NCBI RefSeq assembly: GCF_033153115.1
Contig: NW_026889755.1
Location: 3,224,001 to 3,288,000 of the forward strand
Reading direction: 5' to 3'
DNA length: 64,000 nucleotides
Source of the DNA: Saccostrea echinata
Taxonomy: Eukaryota
How positions within the stretch are numbered: the stretch's first letter is position 1; every line of letters starts with the position of its first letter. Of this stretch, positions 50,514-62,438 are shown piece by piece. A program made the translations under genes and the position numbers. The notes under the pieces were generated by a model that did not search any database, was not told the origin of the DNA, and saw nothing but the letters and a program-made list of their open reading frames with translations.

Positions 50514-51364
50514 GATAAATGTGAAGCTTTTTGGAAATTCGTAATTGCTATAGGAATAAGTAATGAAAAAAACTTCTTGACTATGTAAATTGTATTCAAA
50601 GAAATGTGTGAATAAACCATTAGATAACATTTCAAAACAGTTCAATCCTGAATTGTACAGAAGTAGTTATGTAAAATATGTAATACCAGTTCTATGCTTC
50701 GGAACAATGTGTAAACCAAAGTGTATAGTGTTTTTTTCTAGAGCGTTTAGCATGGTAAAATGCAATGTCCCTTTAAAGTCGTGCAATGTCTTTTCTGTAT
50801 ATGGTGTAATGCCCTTTTGCACTGCAATGCCCTTCTTTTAATAAGAAAAAGATTTTTGCTAGAAAAAATGGCAAAATACGATTTCAGATACACCAAACAA
50901 AATTTGTATGTTCCCATGCAGAATATTCAATGCGTCCTAATTAATTCCTGGTTTGTACAATTCGTGCCAAAGAGTTAAATAAGGGCATCATATGTAGATG
51001 GATGGCCACAGGAAATCCTTCTCGCTCGAACGCACACATTAGACAAGTATCTTAACCTTAAATTAATTATTCAATCAATTAATAAGGCTGTGCATGGGGA
51101 ACCACTGTGTCTTTATACATGATAAAACTCCTTTTTAGTTGCTCTTATCTCTCATAGGAATTTATTTCTAATAGGAATTTATAGAGATAAAAATTAGACA
51201 ATGGAAAATTATGAATCTCATTGAAAATTCTAATCTTTTTGAATTCATTCTTAACTTATTCAGTGATGTTTCGTTAACAGATCATAACAATCAAAACAGA
51301 GATTTATCAAAGTGTAAGCAATTTTCACACTGCTGATACTGGGACAGTTATTACACCTATAGCA

Positions 51365-51540
51365 TGATCACCACAGTTTCCATTGCCTCGATCCTCTTTT
51401 GTACAGAACCTTTGTTTGTGGCCATGCTCATCACAGTATCAACAAACTACTTTGTTATCGTATCGGCTGGAACGTAAAAAATGACCTTGTGCTCCACAGT
51501 ATTAGCAAGTCTGCACGGAAGACGGCTGTTGACGATGCTT
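51365..51540 (-). pseudogene. Decayed double CCHC zinc-knuckle (gag/ORF1-like) remnant
   Basis: The minus strand translates C*YCGAQGHFLRSS...VC*YCDEHGHKQRFC with in-frame stops. Confidence 0.5.
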
Positions 51541-52579
51541 AAGTAGTGTGCAAAATTATTTTCTATCAACCTTATTGTACTTCGACCCCAAGGCCCTCTA
51601 TTAGGCGTCCTAATAAATACAATGTAGAAATAAGTTGTAACAAGTGTTGCAGCTCAGAAAGAATCCAATTGCATAGTCTTTTATCTGATAAATATTTAAT
51701 TGATTTCAACTTAAAAACTGAGAATTTGGATGCATGTGTACTCAAACCAAACACTCTTTTGAATCTAAATGAAAAAAAAAAAATTCACCAACTTCCTCCA
51801 ACATCATACACTCTTGATAAAAAAAAATCTACGTAAATATATACACTTGGCCTTATTAAAAATGTTTGAATTTTGTACATTTGAAAGTGTCACAATTCGC
51901 CAAAATTAGTTGAATCAAATATATGGAGATAACGAACAGTAATTAAGCTAAAATGCCCATAAAAAAGTACAAATTAGGAGCAGAGCAAACACGGACCTCT
52001 AGAAACAGGTGGGATCAGATGCCATGGATGAGTAAGCATCCCCTGCCGACCGGTCACACCGAACTGGTTTGTATTTTTAAGATGAGCAAAATGTGAGCAT
52101 ATTTTTGTATGGTGAAAATATCATAAATGTAAATGGATAATTATACTTTTGATATAAAGGTCAGGAAGGGAAGGGCAGATGGTGGACTTGTTACATGGAG
52201 CTCTTCTGGTCTTTGGCCAGTAGATCTAAAAAAAAAATATGAATACTTTCATTAAATGTCTGTAAGTTGGTTTAATCATATTTATATGATGGAACTCAAA
52301 CTGTGAAAATATGTGCATATACGTCTAAATCCCTGCCAGTCACATGCAGCAGATGTGCCACATGGTTCTATTTCACACGTTTTTAAATGCGTCATTTGAA
52401 AATTTTTTAAGCCCTTGATTTTATTTGTTATTTGATTTGCCATTGTTTGTTGAACAAGGAAATATTCTAATCCTTGCTGATGACACCACAATGTATTTTC
52501 ATGGTAACAAAATTTCACATGTTGAATCAATTCTAAATCAAAACCTCTATCAAATTCAAAACTGGTGTCATCACCATCC

Positions 52580-52970
52580 TATGATTTTTGAATACTGACA
52601 AAACAAAGTTTTAGTTAATGGGAACACTAAAAAAAAATCAAAATTAGCAAATCCTAAAACTCTCCGGTCATTTCTTGGAAAGCGTTATGATGTAGAAATT
52701 ATTAGATTATCTTTCGGTGAACCTGTCGTGTAGATCTGGTTTGCAAAACTCTTTTACATTAATTATTAACTCTACGAAAAAAAGGTAACTCCACTACCTA
52801 CTACAAAGTTATTTGATAATGCTTTTATTTTGCCATCGATCAATGTATATTCATTTGTGGTTACTGGCCACTAAGCATGTGAATAGAATCTACAAACTTC
52901 AAAAATGAGCAGCTAGGGTCATTTTAAATGAAAAATATTATGCACCTTCAGTACCTTTATTAGGATTCTG
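52580..52970 (+). mobile_element. Degraded non-LTR retrotransposon (CR1/L2-group) ORF2 C-terminal fragment
   Basis: Fragments LNTDKTK, KLFDNAFILPSI and NRIYKLQK*AARVILNEKYYAPSVPL. Confidence 0.65.
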
Positions 52971-55912
52971 GGCTTCCTGTAAAATGTAGCATAAAGAACT
53001 ATATAGGGTTTCTGTCATTTTCGGCCGCAAAATTTCGACGTAAAAAATATTGCACAATTACTTTTTTTCTTTTTTTAAATAATTTCTTCCAACAGGTGCT
53101 TTTTTTATTGTTGTAGCACGATGATTTAAAGGAGATCCGAAATCTGTAAACCGCATGTTTTTCAGAAATGACGTTTTCAGAGCAAAATCGGGGGCAACAA
53201 GCCTTGAGTTTAACATGAGCGACGTCGTGAACAAGAATGATATTATCACTTAAAATGTGGTTTTTAATAAAGAATTTTAGTTTTAAATATCAAACTTGTT
53301 CACGAAGTCGCACGTATTGAAAAAAGTTTGAAACTGATTACAAGCATATACATGTACATGTATGTATTTTGTTATCCGCCATATTGAAAAAAATGCATTT
53401 TCACGGCATAGATGTCACGCGTTATATTTATCTATTCACCACGTAAAATAAACATACGATATTGTTAATGTGTAAATAGTTGTTGTTAACTTATTACTTG
53501 TCACTTTTTAAAATTTGATTTGTGCACATCATATGGAGTAAATAAATAAATCGAGATCGATATTCTATCCTTCCTTTGTCAAGTACGCAATGTCATGGTC
53601 ATGATATGAAAAGAAAGAAGTTGGCGGATCTTACATATCTGTTTGTGTCTACTTTTACAAACCAACAGAAATGATTACGGTATATACCTTTTTTTTTCAT
53701 TTTATAACGAAGATTTATATTTGAAAGAGTCTAAATCTTTTAAATTGGCCTACTTTAGTTCGGCAATTTAATATGTTTTAATTATTGAATAATAATATTG
53801 ATAATAAACATATTGACGTGTTATAGTAATAAGATATCCTAGCCTATATTTTGAATTTTTAAAATTCAGTTGCAAGCTTTTATAAACGACTGAATAATTA
53901 AACAAGCGAATCTTTTAATAAAATGATTCCATCATTTAAACAATTTTGAACAGTCCCGTCGACCACGGGTTCACGATATTGAAAGGAAGTTGTTCGTAAG
54001 AAAAGTGAAAAATTACTCTTCCTTTCATAAAGAGTTGGTAAAAATAACAACAAATCAAGACAGTAATTACTTCAGCAAAATCTTTGAAAATGCTGGAAGT
54101 TAGTTGAAAAAGAAAATGTATATTTGCATAAAATATACCTAAAATATTTTTAAAAAGTTGATGAGAAAAATTAAATATTTAAGGTTCACATCACTAGGGC
54201 GGCGGTATTACATATTATGGCCTAGGTCTTGTGAATATTTTTATCTTCCATATTTTAGTCTATGTACTTGTGTTGTACAATGAAATGACAAAACCATTCT
54301 TTATTCACATTTTATCAGAAAATGACGTAGTACAGTGTGACGTCATAGTTGTGCGCCAAGCATAGTGCGTTAGGCCTAAATGAAAATTATTGTATACTGT
54401 ATATGTAGTACATTTTACAAAAAGACATTTCTTCATTAATTTCATGATCATGTCAATTTATTGGTATCGGTTGACATGTGCATGTTATAGCCTACACATG
54501 TGCATATTTCAACACTGAACTATTGATTTGTATTGTAGTGCTGCGGCGTGATTTTTAATAACAGTTTGAGAAAAATAATACCATTTGTTGTGAATTGTGA
54601 CAAATTTTAATTGGATCAATAATTGATATAAAGAATTCAAATCATGATGAAGTTGTTTCTTCATTTCCTAAAAAGTTATTGAACGCTACGAAACATTAAA
54701 AATTGATAGTTGTAGGATAGTGTGATTTAATGTTTTGGCCGATCATTTGATTTTACCATTAAACGTTTTGTTTAAGATCTATACACTGTACGTGTTTGTG
54801 TACGGATATTTATTTTATTAGATGCATTTTTATATATATTGTGTTGATGATTTTTGAATTTTGAAATATGCATTAAAATTGTTCATCATCAGAGAATTTT
54901 ACGAACAAATATTTAACTGAAATTGACCGAAGTTTATCCTGTATGAATGCGTCGTTAGTGGGTAACTTCGACCAATGTTAAGGGACACGATACAATGCAA
55001 CTTCCACTAGAAGGAATTCATGGTCGTACATACGAAAATTATTAAAAGAACTATTACGATGCATGTATATATTCAATTCTAATTCTACATAGGTGAAAAC
55101 TCATCTTTTCGTTAACATGCATGAATGTGCATCTCTAACATGCTTTCACCATCTATTTTTTTTTTAGCCTTGCGTTACATTTTTAATATGCTAGCAGTAA
55201 TGCAAGTTAACCAATACACATACCTTAGGAATCAAACGCGATAAAAATAATATGAAGGCAATGAAATCTGAGAAATAAATAGTTTTCCCTTAAAAGCTGA
55301 TCATAGCTTACTAGATCAAACCTTCAATTAAAAAATCGGTCGACATTACACCATCCCATTTACTATTAATGAGTAAACCACAGCCCTTTTACAGAGTCTA
55401 GTTGCAATTGCATACATGTATCTTCTCAGTTGAAATGGTGGCGTTATGATCAATACAATGACACTCTTAGACATATTTAATTGTTCACAGAAAATAAATC
55501 AGACACGTAGTGGGGGATGGGGGGGGGGAGGAGCGCCTCCCCCATTTTTTTTTTTTTCAAGCAATACTTGTTACCATGGAAATTGCTCATTTAAAGGCTG
55601 GTCCCTTTTTTTCTTGCAGTATAGTGAAATCAGGGTACTATGGTATTGTATGAATAAAATTTCGTTATGAAAAAAGTTGAGTCCGACCGACCCCCCCCCC
55701 CCCCCCCCCCCAATAGGATTTTCGAGTTTGGACAATTTTCCTCTTTTTTTTTCTTGTCAGAGTTTTTCAGGAAAGTTGATTTTTTTTCTAAGGTTGCACC
55801 TCCACCTCCACTTTTAAAAACAATACTGCGTACCTGTATACTGCTATATATATAGTATGTGAAAGGATATTTCAGCTATCCTCACCACGCGACATTTTAT
55901 AGACCAAAACCT

Positions 55913-55964
<52 letters not shown>

Positions 55965-55976
55965 ATATATATATAT

Positions 55977-56260
55977 TAGGGATGTCAACGAGTACCCGGT
56001 TAACCGGGTACTCAATCGAACGTCTGAGTATCAGATACTAATATCGCTAATCGGTTACTCGGATGTATTTTTTTTTTATCAAAAACTTATAAAAAATGCA
56101 ACTTCAAAATGAATTGTCCATGTTTAACTTGTAATTAGCGTCACCCACACCTGTTAGTAACCCGTTATTGCTTGGTCTGTGTACTTGTTTATACAGTAGT
56201 TACCGTGACCAATCACCTGGTACACAGCTGTTATCACTTCTTGTGGCCCGTTATTTTTTG
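55977..56260. mobile_element. hAT-like transposon end (single terminus)
   Basis: TAGGGATGTCAAC terminus next to a microsatellite; perfect 24-bp palindrome GAGTACCCGGTTAACCGGGTACTC (55990-56013) and related subterminal motifs. No partner end was found. Confidence 0.5.
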
Positions 56261-56298
56261 GATGGCTTTAATGACTTTAATGGCTTTAATGGCTTTAA

Positions 56299-58885
56299 TG
56301 CTTCAATAAATGTACAACTCTACTAATATCTTTATCAGCTGATTGTTCTTTTTGCCAATCAATGTTAAAAAATTCACATGAATCATGACATGAAGTATCA
56401 GGTAAGGAAGAAATGTTCGACTCACTCTGTGCCTCATCTTGTACAATACCAGTACTTACAGTCATACATGAAGCTGATGTGAGGTTGTCGGGTAGGAATA
56501 TATTCTCAAAGTAGGGACAGTTTTCTCTCTCTGTAGTATGTGCATTACAGATGGACTGGACCACATCAGGAATAACTTCTGTTTCTAAGGGTCTTCTGGA
56601 TAAGCCATCTGCATCTGCATTGTTAATACCCTTCCGGTAACGGATTGAAAAATGAAAGTTGCTCAAAGCAGCCAGCCATCGATGACCTGTGGCATCAAGT
56701 TTAGCAGTGGTTAGGATGTAGGTGAGGGGGTTGTTATCAGTGATGACCTCAAAGTAATTTCCAAACAGGTAGTCATAGAATTTTTCTGTTACGGCCCATT
56801 TCAAAGATAAGAATTCCAATTATGCGCAGAATAGTTTCTCTCACTGTTCTTCAAACCTCTGCTGGCATAAGCTATCACACGCTTCTCACCATTCTGCTGC
56901 TGGTAAAGTACTGCTCCCAAACCATTCCTTGATGCATCTGTATGGAGGATGAAAGGCTTGTCAAAGTCAGCATAGGCAAGGATTGGTGGTGATGTTAGTT
57001 TCCGTTATATTTCCTCAAAGGCCTGAGACTCCTGATCTCCCCATCTCCATGGTGGTGGTTTGACTTTTTCCTTAGTGTTCGTTGAATGGCCCTTCAGAAG
57101 ATCATTAAGGGGTTTAATTATTTTAGAATAATCTTTAACATACCTCCTGTAATAACCTGCGAATCCTAGAAAGGTACGAAGTGTGTTGATATTGTGCGGG
57201 ACTGGCCATGTAGAAATAGACTTGATCTTCTCTGGGTCTGTAGCTACACCTGCTTTACTTACCACATGTCCTAAGTAGGTAACACTCTCTTTGAAAAACT
57301 CACACTTCTTGGCCTTAAGCTTAAGATGATGTTTCCCAAGTCTCTGAAACACAGATGTTAGTCGGTCCAAGTGTTCGTCAAATGTCTGGGAAAATATGAG
57401 TATGTCATCGAGAAAAACAAGACAGTCTCTCAAGTTCAACTCACCCATACATCGTTCCATAATCCTCTGAAAAGTTGCAGGTGCATTTGTCAATCCAAAC
57501 CCCATTCTGTTGCACTCATAGTGACCAACACCGCTGACCGAAAAGGCTGTCTTCTCTTTATCCCTCTCTTCTATCTCAACTTGCCAGTAAGAACTGGTTA
57601 AATCTAGTTTGGTGAAGAAATTTGACCCAACCAATCTGTCGATAGTGTCATCGATGCGAGGAAGGTTGTATGCGTCCTTGATGGTTCTGGAGTTGAGTTT
57701 CCTGTAGTCTATGCAGAAACGTAAACTACCTCTTTCTTTCTGACCAATACTATGTTGGAGGAATATGGGCTCTGGGATGGTCTAATAGCTCCAACATCCA
57801 GCATCTCCTTGAGGTGTTCTCGTACTTCTGCATACATTCCTGAGTGGAATCCGTCTATATGGTTCTTTGAATGGTGTGTTGTCGGTAAGCTTAATTTCAT
57901 GTTTTAAAATATCAGTCTTACCTATATCGGTTGGTCCATCTGAAAATAAATGTGTCCAACAGGAGAGAAACTTCTTAGCTTCACTTACTTGTTTAGAAGT
58001 TAAGTTCTCCTCTGATATCTTGATGTCCAATTCCTGCAGAGACTTTTCTGACTTCTTAATACCTTGTTCCGATGATTCAGGATTCCAAGAGTCCACCATC
58101 TTTACACCACTGACTGAACATAAAAGTGATTTTGGGGGTATATGTACAATAGAGGCTGAAATATTGCAAACCCTGACAGGAATACTAGTCGTACGTTTAC
58201 CCTGGGTAAGGGGAATAACTCTAGGACAAACAATGAGACCTCCTGATAATGAAGTATTTGTTTGCTCAGTCAAAGCTGATACAATACCATGGTTATTTCT
58301 TACCAGACCTCTGATTACTTTTGTCTCATTTGGTAACACTTGAATGGTATACTTGTTAGTTGTCTTTACTGGTGTCTCTTCATTCATACTGTCAAATGCT
58401 AACTTCCATTCTGTTGGAACATCTTCTGAATCAGTGGAATTTTGGTTATAAGCATTCCTGTAAAAACGAATGAAATTAGTTCCAATGAGCATGGGCACTT
58501 GCTTTGAATAATTTGTTTGGGGAACTACCAGAACAGGAATAGTATATGTAGAATTACCAAAGCAAGGTACACAAATGTCAATTTCAGTATAGCCACTATA
58601 TGGCAAAGCACTGCCATTAGCACTTTGAACATTAAGTTCAAATTCTGAAAGGTCAAATAACTCAGGCCTGGGGTTAAAATTTTTGAAAAATTCTTCTGAA
58701 ATACAGGTTATCATGGATCCCGAGTCAATGAGTGCTTTGGTCTTTATGCCATTGACAATAATATCAGATTCATTGGATTCTCCAACTAACCTGTACAAAA
58801 GACTGGCTGAATTTTTAGAATAATTAGGGCTTTTTTTAAATGCACCTCCAGTCTGCCCCGCAACAGGAGATGAAACTAGTTTAAA
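56299..58885 (-). pseudogene. pol: Gypsy pol (aspartic protease, RT, RNase H), frameshifted and truncated before integrase
   Basis: ALIDSGS (protease); MGFGLTNAPATFQR and FLDDILIF (RT); LHTDAS, VITDNNPL and NADADGLSR (RNase H). Frame breaks near 57840, 57730, 57005 and 56820. Confidence 0.92.
58827..58885 (-). promoter_or_regulatory. -1 programmed ribosomal frameshift signal (gag-pol)
   Basis: T TTA AAC immediately before the gag TAG. The -1 frame is open and continuous with the pol ORF at 58798. Stem CATCTCC/GGAGGTG begins 6 nt downstream. Confidence 0.8.
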
Positions 58886-60177
58886 GTACTACCTGTACCA
58901 AACCCATTCATGTTACCAGACTGTTGAGTTCTGCCAGTAAGCTGCCTCTGTTGCCATGGTTGCTGAGTCTGTTGCTGAATCTGGTGCTGTTGTTGATTTT
59001 GCTGTTGGTAGGGATGCTGACTCTGCTGCCCCCTCTGTTGCTGGTACTGCTTGTTTGGAGGTTGCTGAAGCAGATTCTGAGATTGAAAATACATTCCTCT
59101 GCCCCTGTTGGCAAATCTCTTTCTGCCCTGGAAACTTCCTCTGTAGTTATTATTGATGGAGGAATTTGTCTGAAAAGAATCTGTATGATTAGAACCAAAT
59201 GTTTGGGTTTGATGATTTGCATTGGAACTTTGCTCAATTTTACCCATTCTGCTATCAAGTTTCTTCATCTGAGAAAGTAATTCTGTAAGTTGTTTTTGCA
59301 TATTTTGCAGTTCATAATTTTGTATAGTCAATAAATCTACATTATTTGACATAGCCACACTTGATTTTGGAACTGAATTTACAGATTTCAAACTAGTTTC
59401 CTCTTGTTCAATCTGTCTTATTTCTCTAAGAAGGGAGTGAAACTCTTTCACAGTTTCGTACTTGTGCCTTGTTGCATTTCTTAATTGTGTGCTTCTTAGA
59501 CCTGACCAAAACTTTGATCTCAACATTGCATCTTTTGCACTAGCATCAACATGTCCTAACTTAACAGCTTTTGTAATGCACTGCTCTAATCTAGAGCCAT
59601 ATGAAACAATTGTGTCACCTTCTCTCTGGTGGTCGCTGTAAAAATTCTGCATGATGTTCTCTGGTGTTGACACATTACCGAAAAAGTCTTCGAGCTTCGA
59701 GAGTATTGTGTCAGTAGTCGCACCTTCGCCGAGAGGAATAAGCATTTCACGGGCTTGACCTTTTAAGGAACTACGAACAAGCTGTAATAAATCATTCTCA
59801 GTTAACTGATTTTTCAGACATCTAACCTCATATGCCCAAACATCAAAACTGACTTCACCCTTTTGATCAGTACCACTAAAAAATGGGATTTTAACTCTAC
59901 TGCTATTTGGCATCAGAGCATGATTAGATAACATTGAAGAGGTAAATATTGGGGATGCAGATGGCAAGTTTGGAGCAACCTTGGGTTTAGCACCATCAAA
60001 TTCAAATTCTGGTAATTTTCCTTGTGGTTTAAACTGACTTACTGGTGTTTCTTTTTCTAAAGCAGTTTTATTTACCAACAAGTCATATTCCTCTTTGGGT
60101 ATGATTCTATATTTGTTCTCAGAATTGATTTCATTAATCAATTGTTGTAATTCATCAACAGATTCGCTGCTTGCCAT
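58876..60177 (-). CDS. gag: Gypsy gag, PNMA/Ma-like capsid with a Gln-rich C-terminus
   Basis: Intact ORF with a probable start at MASSES; FSG..GEVSFDVWAYEV, RSSLKGQA and MLRSKFWSGLR motifs; no CCHC knuckle. Confidence 0.9.
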   Translation of the reverse strand: MASSESVDELQQLINEINSENKYRIIPKEEYDLLVNKTALEKETPVSQFKPQGKLPEFEFDGAKPKVAPNLPSASPIFTSSMLSNHALMPNSSRVKIPFFSGTDQKGEVSFDVWAYEVRCLKNQLTENDLLQLVRSSLKGQAREMLIPLGEGATTDTILSKLEDFFGNVSTPENIMQNFYSDHQREGDTIVSYGSRLEQCITKAVKLGHVDASAKDAMLRSKFWSGLRSTQLRNATRHKYETVKEFHSLLREIRQIEQEETSLKSVNSVPKSSVAMSNNVDLLTIQNYELQNMQKQLTELLSQMKKLDSRMGKIEQSSNANHQTQTFGSNHTDSFQTNSSINNNYRGSFQGRKRFANRGRGMYFQSQNLLQQPPNKQYQQQRGQQSQHPYQQQNQQQHQIQQQTQQPWQQRQLTGRTQQSGNMNGFGTGSTLN

Positions 60178-61165
60178 TATCGCAAAGTTTAGCGCACAAA
60201 ATAAAAACAATGTGTATCTAATTATGACACGCATGCACACCACACTCAGGTCCACTGCAGCTGAAACAGTCAATGTAATAATAAATTGTTAGCAGTCTTT
60301 CTTGTCCATAAGTTGGTTCACGTCGCTGTGGAAAAGTTAGTATTCGCTGCAAACAAGATATTGTGACATGCAACATGCAAAATAGGACACGGGGAGGGGG
60401 GATTCAAAGATACTACACAAAACACATTGACAGTCAACAAAACATAGACAATTGTAGACAACACAATGCACATCAAAACATACATAAAGCACAGTACACA
60501 TACATTTGGCAGTCTAGAGTCTGATCGATTACCGTTCAAGAATCTCAAAACACGTTTTTCGTTTACCACCAAAACAAGAAAAAATAACATGGAGCTCGAT
60601 CCCGATCAAAATCTACACTCGCACTTCTTACACACAGCCGGCATCTCTCAAACAACATCAATACATATAACATAAATCACAAGAACACATAAAACAAACA
60701 AATGACACAATGCATAGAAAATATAATTACAAGTGCGCACAAATATTTCTCTTTAAATTTAATTCAAAGAAATCAGTATTTAGAGTTGTAGCTTCAGGTT
60801 CCGGATCAATTCACACGCAGTGGGAAAATCTACCGGAACACTAGTCACGTTGCACGGATCATTGAGCATCCGAGAGACACAGTTCTCGATTCCATAGAAT
60901 GATTGGAATGTCAAATATAAGTTAGCTAGCTAGAAAATGTATTTAAACACGTGCATATTGAAAATGGGCAGACTTACGGCCTAGGCGGATCCATGGGGAA
61001 GTAATAGACATTGGTCACATTCACAGGCGTTGTGATCAATCCTCTCGTCCCTCAGTGGATTACTGGACCCTGGTCTTCATCCATTAGAAAAACTTGAAGT
61101 TCACGATATATCATCGTGGAAATCAATGGAATACACATGTAGAAATCACTTCAAGTTGGAAATGA

Positions 61166-61177
61166 ACGTGGGCGCCA
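61166..61177 (-). promoter_or_regulatory. Primer binding site, tRNA-Lys-like
   Basis: TGGCGCCCACGT 2 nt after the LTR end; resembles the tRNA-Lys(CUU) PBS TGGCGCCCAACGT. Confidence 0.8.
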
Positions 61178-61179
61178 TT

Positions 61180-61852
61180 TGTCACAGGGTCAGGGTCTTG
61201 TTTTTTCAGTGAAAACAAAACTGGTTCGGTCTTCAATTATTTAATTATGGATATAGAAAAAAAAAACCTAGAAAATAGAAAAACACACTTACAACACTCA
61301 TACAAAACAATAGACAAAGACAAACACGAAACATAAAGACATTTAAACGTTAACGAAAAGTAAAGGTAATTAAGATATTAATACGACTGCCAGAAGATCG
61401 TTACCTATATTTAACAATTAAATGAATTACAAGATTAATGAACATCTTACCAGGCATCCAGTATTCAAATCAGGAATAAATAATACACATCGATTGAATC
61501 GATCTAAGGTATAACAAATAGTTACATTATCTGTCACCGTAAAGGCACAAAAGCTTGGGGTGGGGAATTTGGCGGGTTTCCTACTTTATATAGTGCACGA
61601 GTTAGTAAAAACATGCATATAAATTAGTATAGTGAAATCCATCGGTCCATGGTAGGTCACTGGTCAGTCATACGTATAGGAATGCTAAAAATAGAAATTC
61701 ACCTGTACAAAACAAAACACTCGCACATGGCTCTCACATACCTGCAAAACCGGTTGTATTCGATTGGCTATGCGCGCCAATCGGAATACGATATTAAATA
61801 TTTCGCAAAGCATATACTAGTATTTAATAATAATTTAATTACAACTGTGACA
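61180..61852 (-). repeat. 5' LTR (673 bp)
   Basis: Bounded by the 8-bp inverted repeat TGTCACAG...CTGTGACA, adjacent to the PBS. Transposase-like coding sequence resumes directly at 61853. Confidence 0.85.
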
Positions 61853-62438
61853 AAAGTTATACCAAACACTCTGATACCTAGTGTAGGAGACTTTGTGCGA
61901 ATTATTTGTGCTCTTTGCAATCGTTTCCGTTCCACTTTTACTCCAACGGGAGATCCTGAGTTTCGTGATCATCTCACAGTTACCATGTTACAAAAATCCA
62001 AAGAACCAAACTATCTTTTGAAGTATTTACAAGAAAATGGACTACTGAGAAAAATAACAGTACTTTCAGAGCTAGAGAAATGTGGTCATATACTAGACAA
62101 TTTTCCAAAGCTTTCTTTTGAAGATTTACGCAATCTAACATTTGGCGTGCACCAGCTCAAACAGGCCTCTTCATATACAAAAGAGCATCTAGCTGAACGA
62201 GGGCTTTTCTGTGGTTGCAATTTGGCTGCTCTAACAAACAGGAGCCTATACAAGATGGTATTGTACATGCAAGGTTGGTGCCAGAGTCGTCGGTTGCTGT
62301 TCGCACATAGCAAGTGTAATTTGGTATTTAGGATATGAACGCCACCAACCTTTTCCTATCAAAAATGTGTCTATCCCCAGAGAGACACTTTCAGATGCAA
62401 TTATTCTGGACTCTGAACAGGAATATATGGAGGAATAA
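61853..62438 (+). pseudogene. C-terminal remnant of a DDE transposase with a SWIM zinc finger (ISL2EU/IS4EU-like, PHIS group)
   Basis: IPSVGDFVRIICALCNRF, FPKLSFEDLRNLTFGVHQLKQASSYTKEHL, then after a frameshift WYCTCKVGARVVGCCSHIASVIWYLG (SWIM CxC...CxH). The superfamily is inferred from recalled motifs. Confidence 0.7.

Larger units (their letters stand above)
56299..61852 (-). mobile_element. 3'-truncated Ty3/Gypsy LTR retrotransposon
   Basis: 5' LTR, PBS, gag and pol in the order PR-RT-RH; integrase, PPT and 3' LTR are missing. Confidence 0.95.

Noticed and set aside
51960-52062. Possible ribozyme or Penelope-type terminal repeat fragment
   Set aside because: It looks like a common oyster interspersed repeat end, but no complete hammerhead core (CUGANGA...GAAA with three stems) could be assembled by eye.
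57371-60675. Plus-strand ORFs overlapping gag/pol
   Set aside because: They are antisense shadows of the retrotransposon ORFs with no independent motifs.
61649-62338. 229-aa ORF as a single gene
   Set aside because: It is chimeric: the first ~68 codons are antisense LTR sequence and the rest is a transposase remnant that shifts frame before the SWIM finger.
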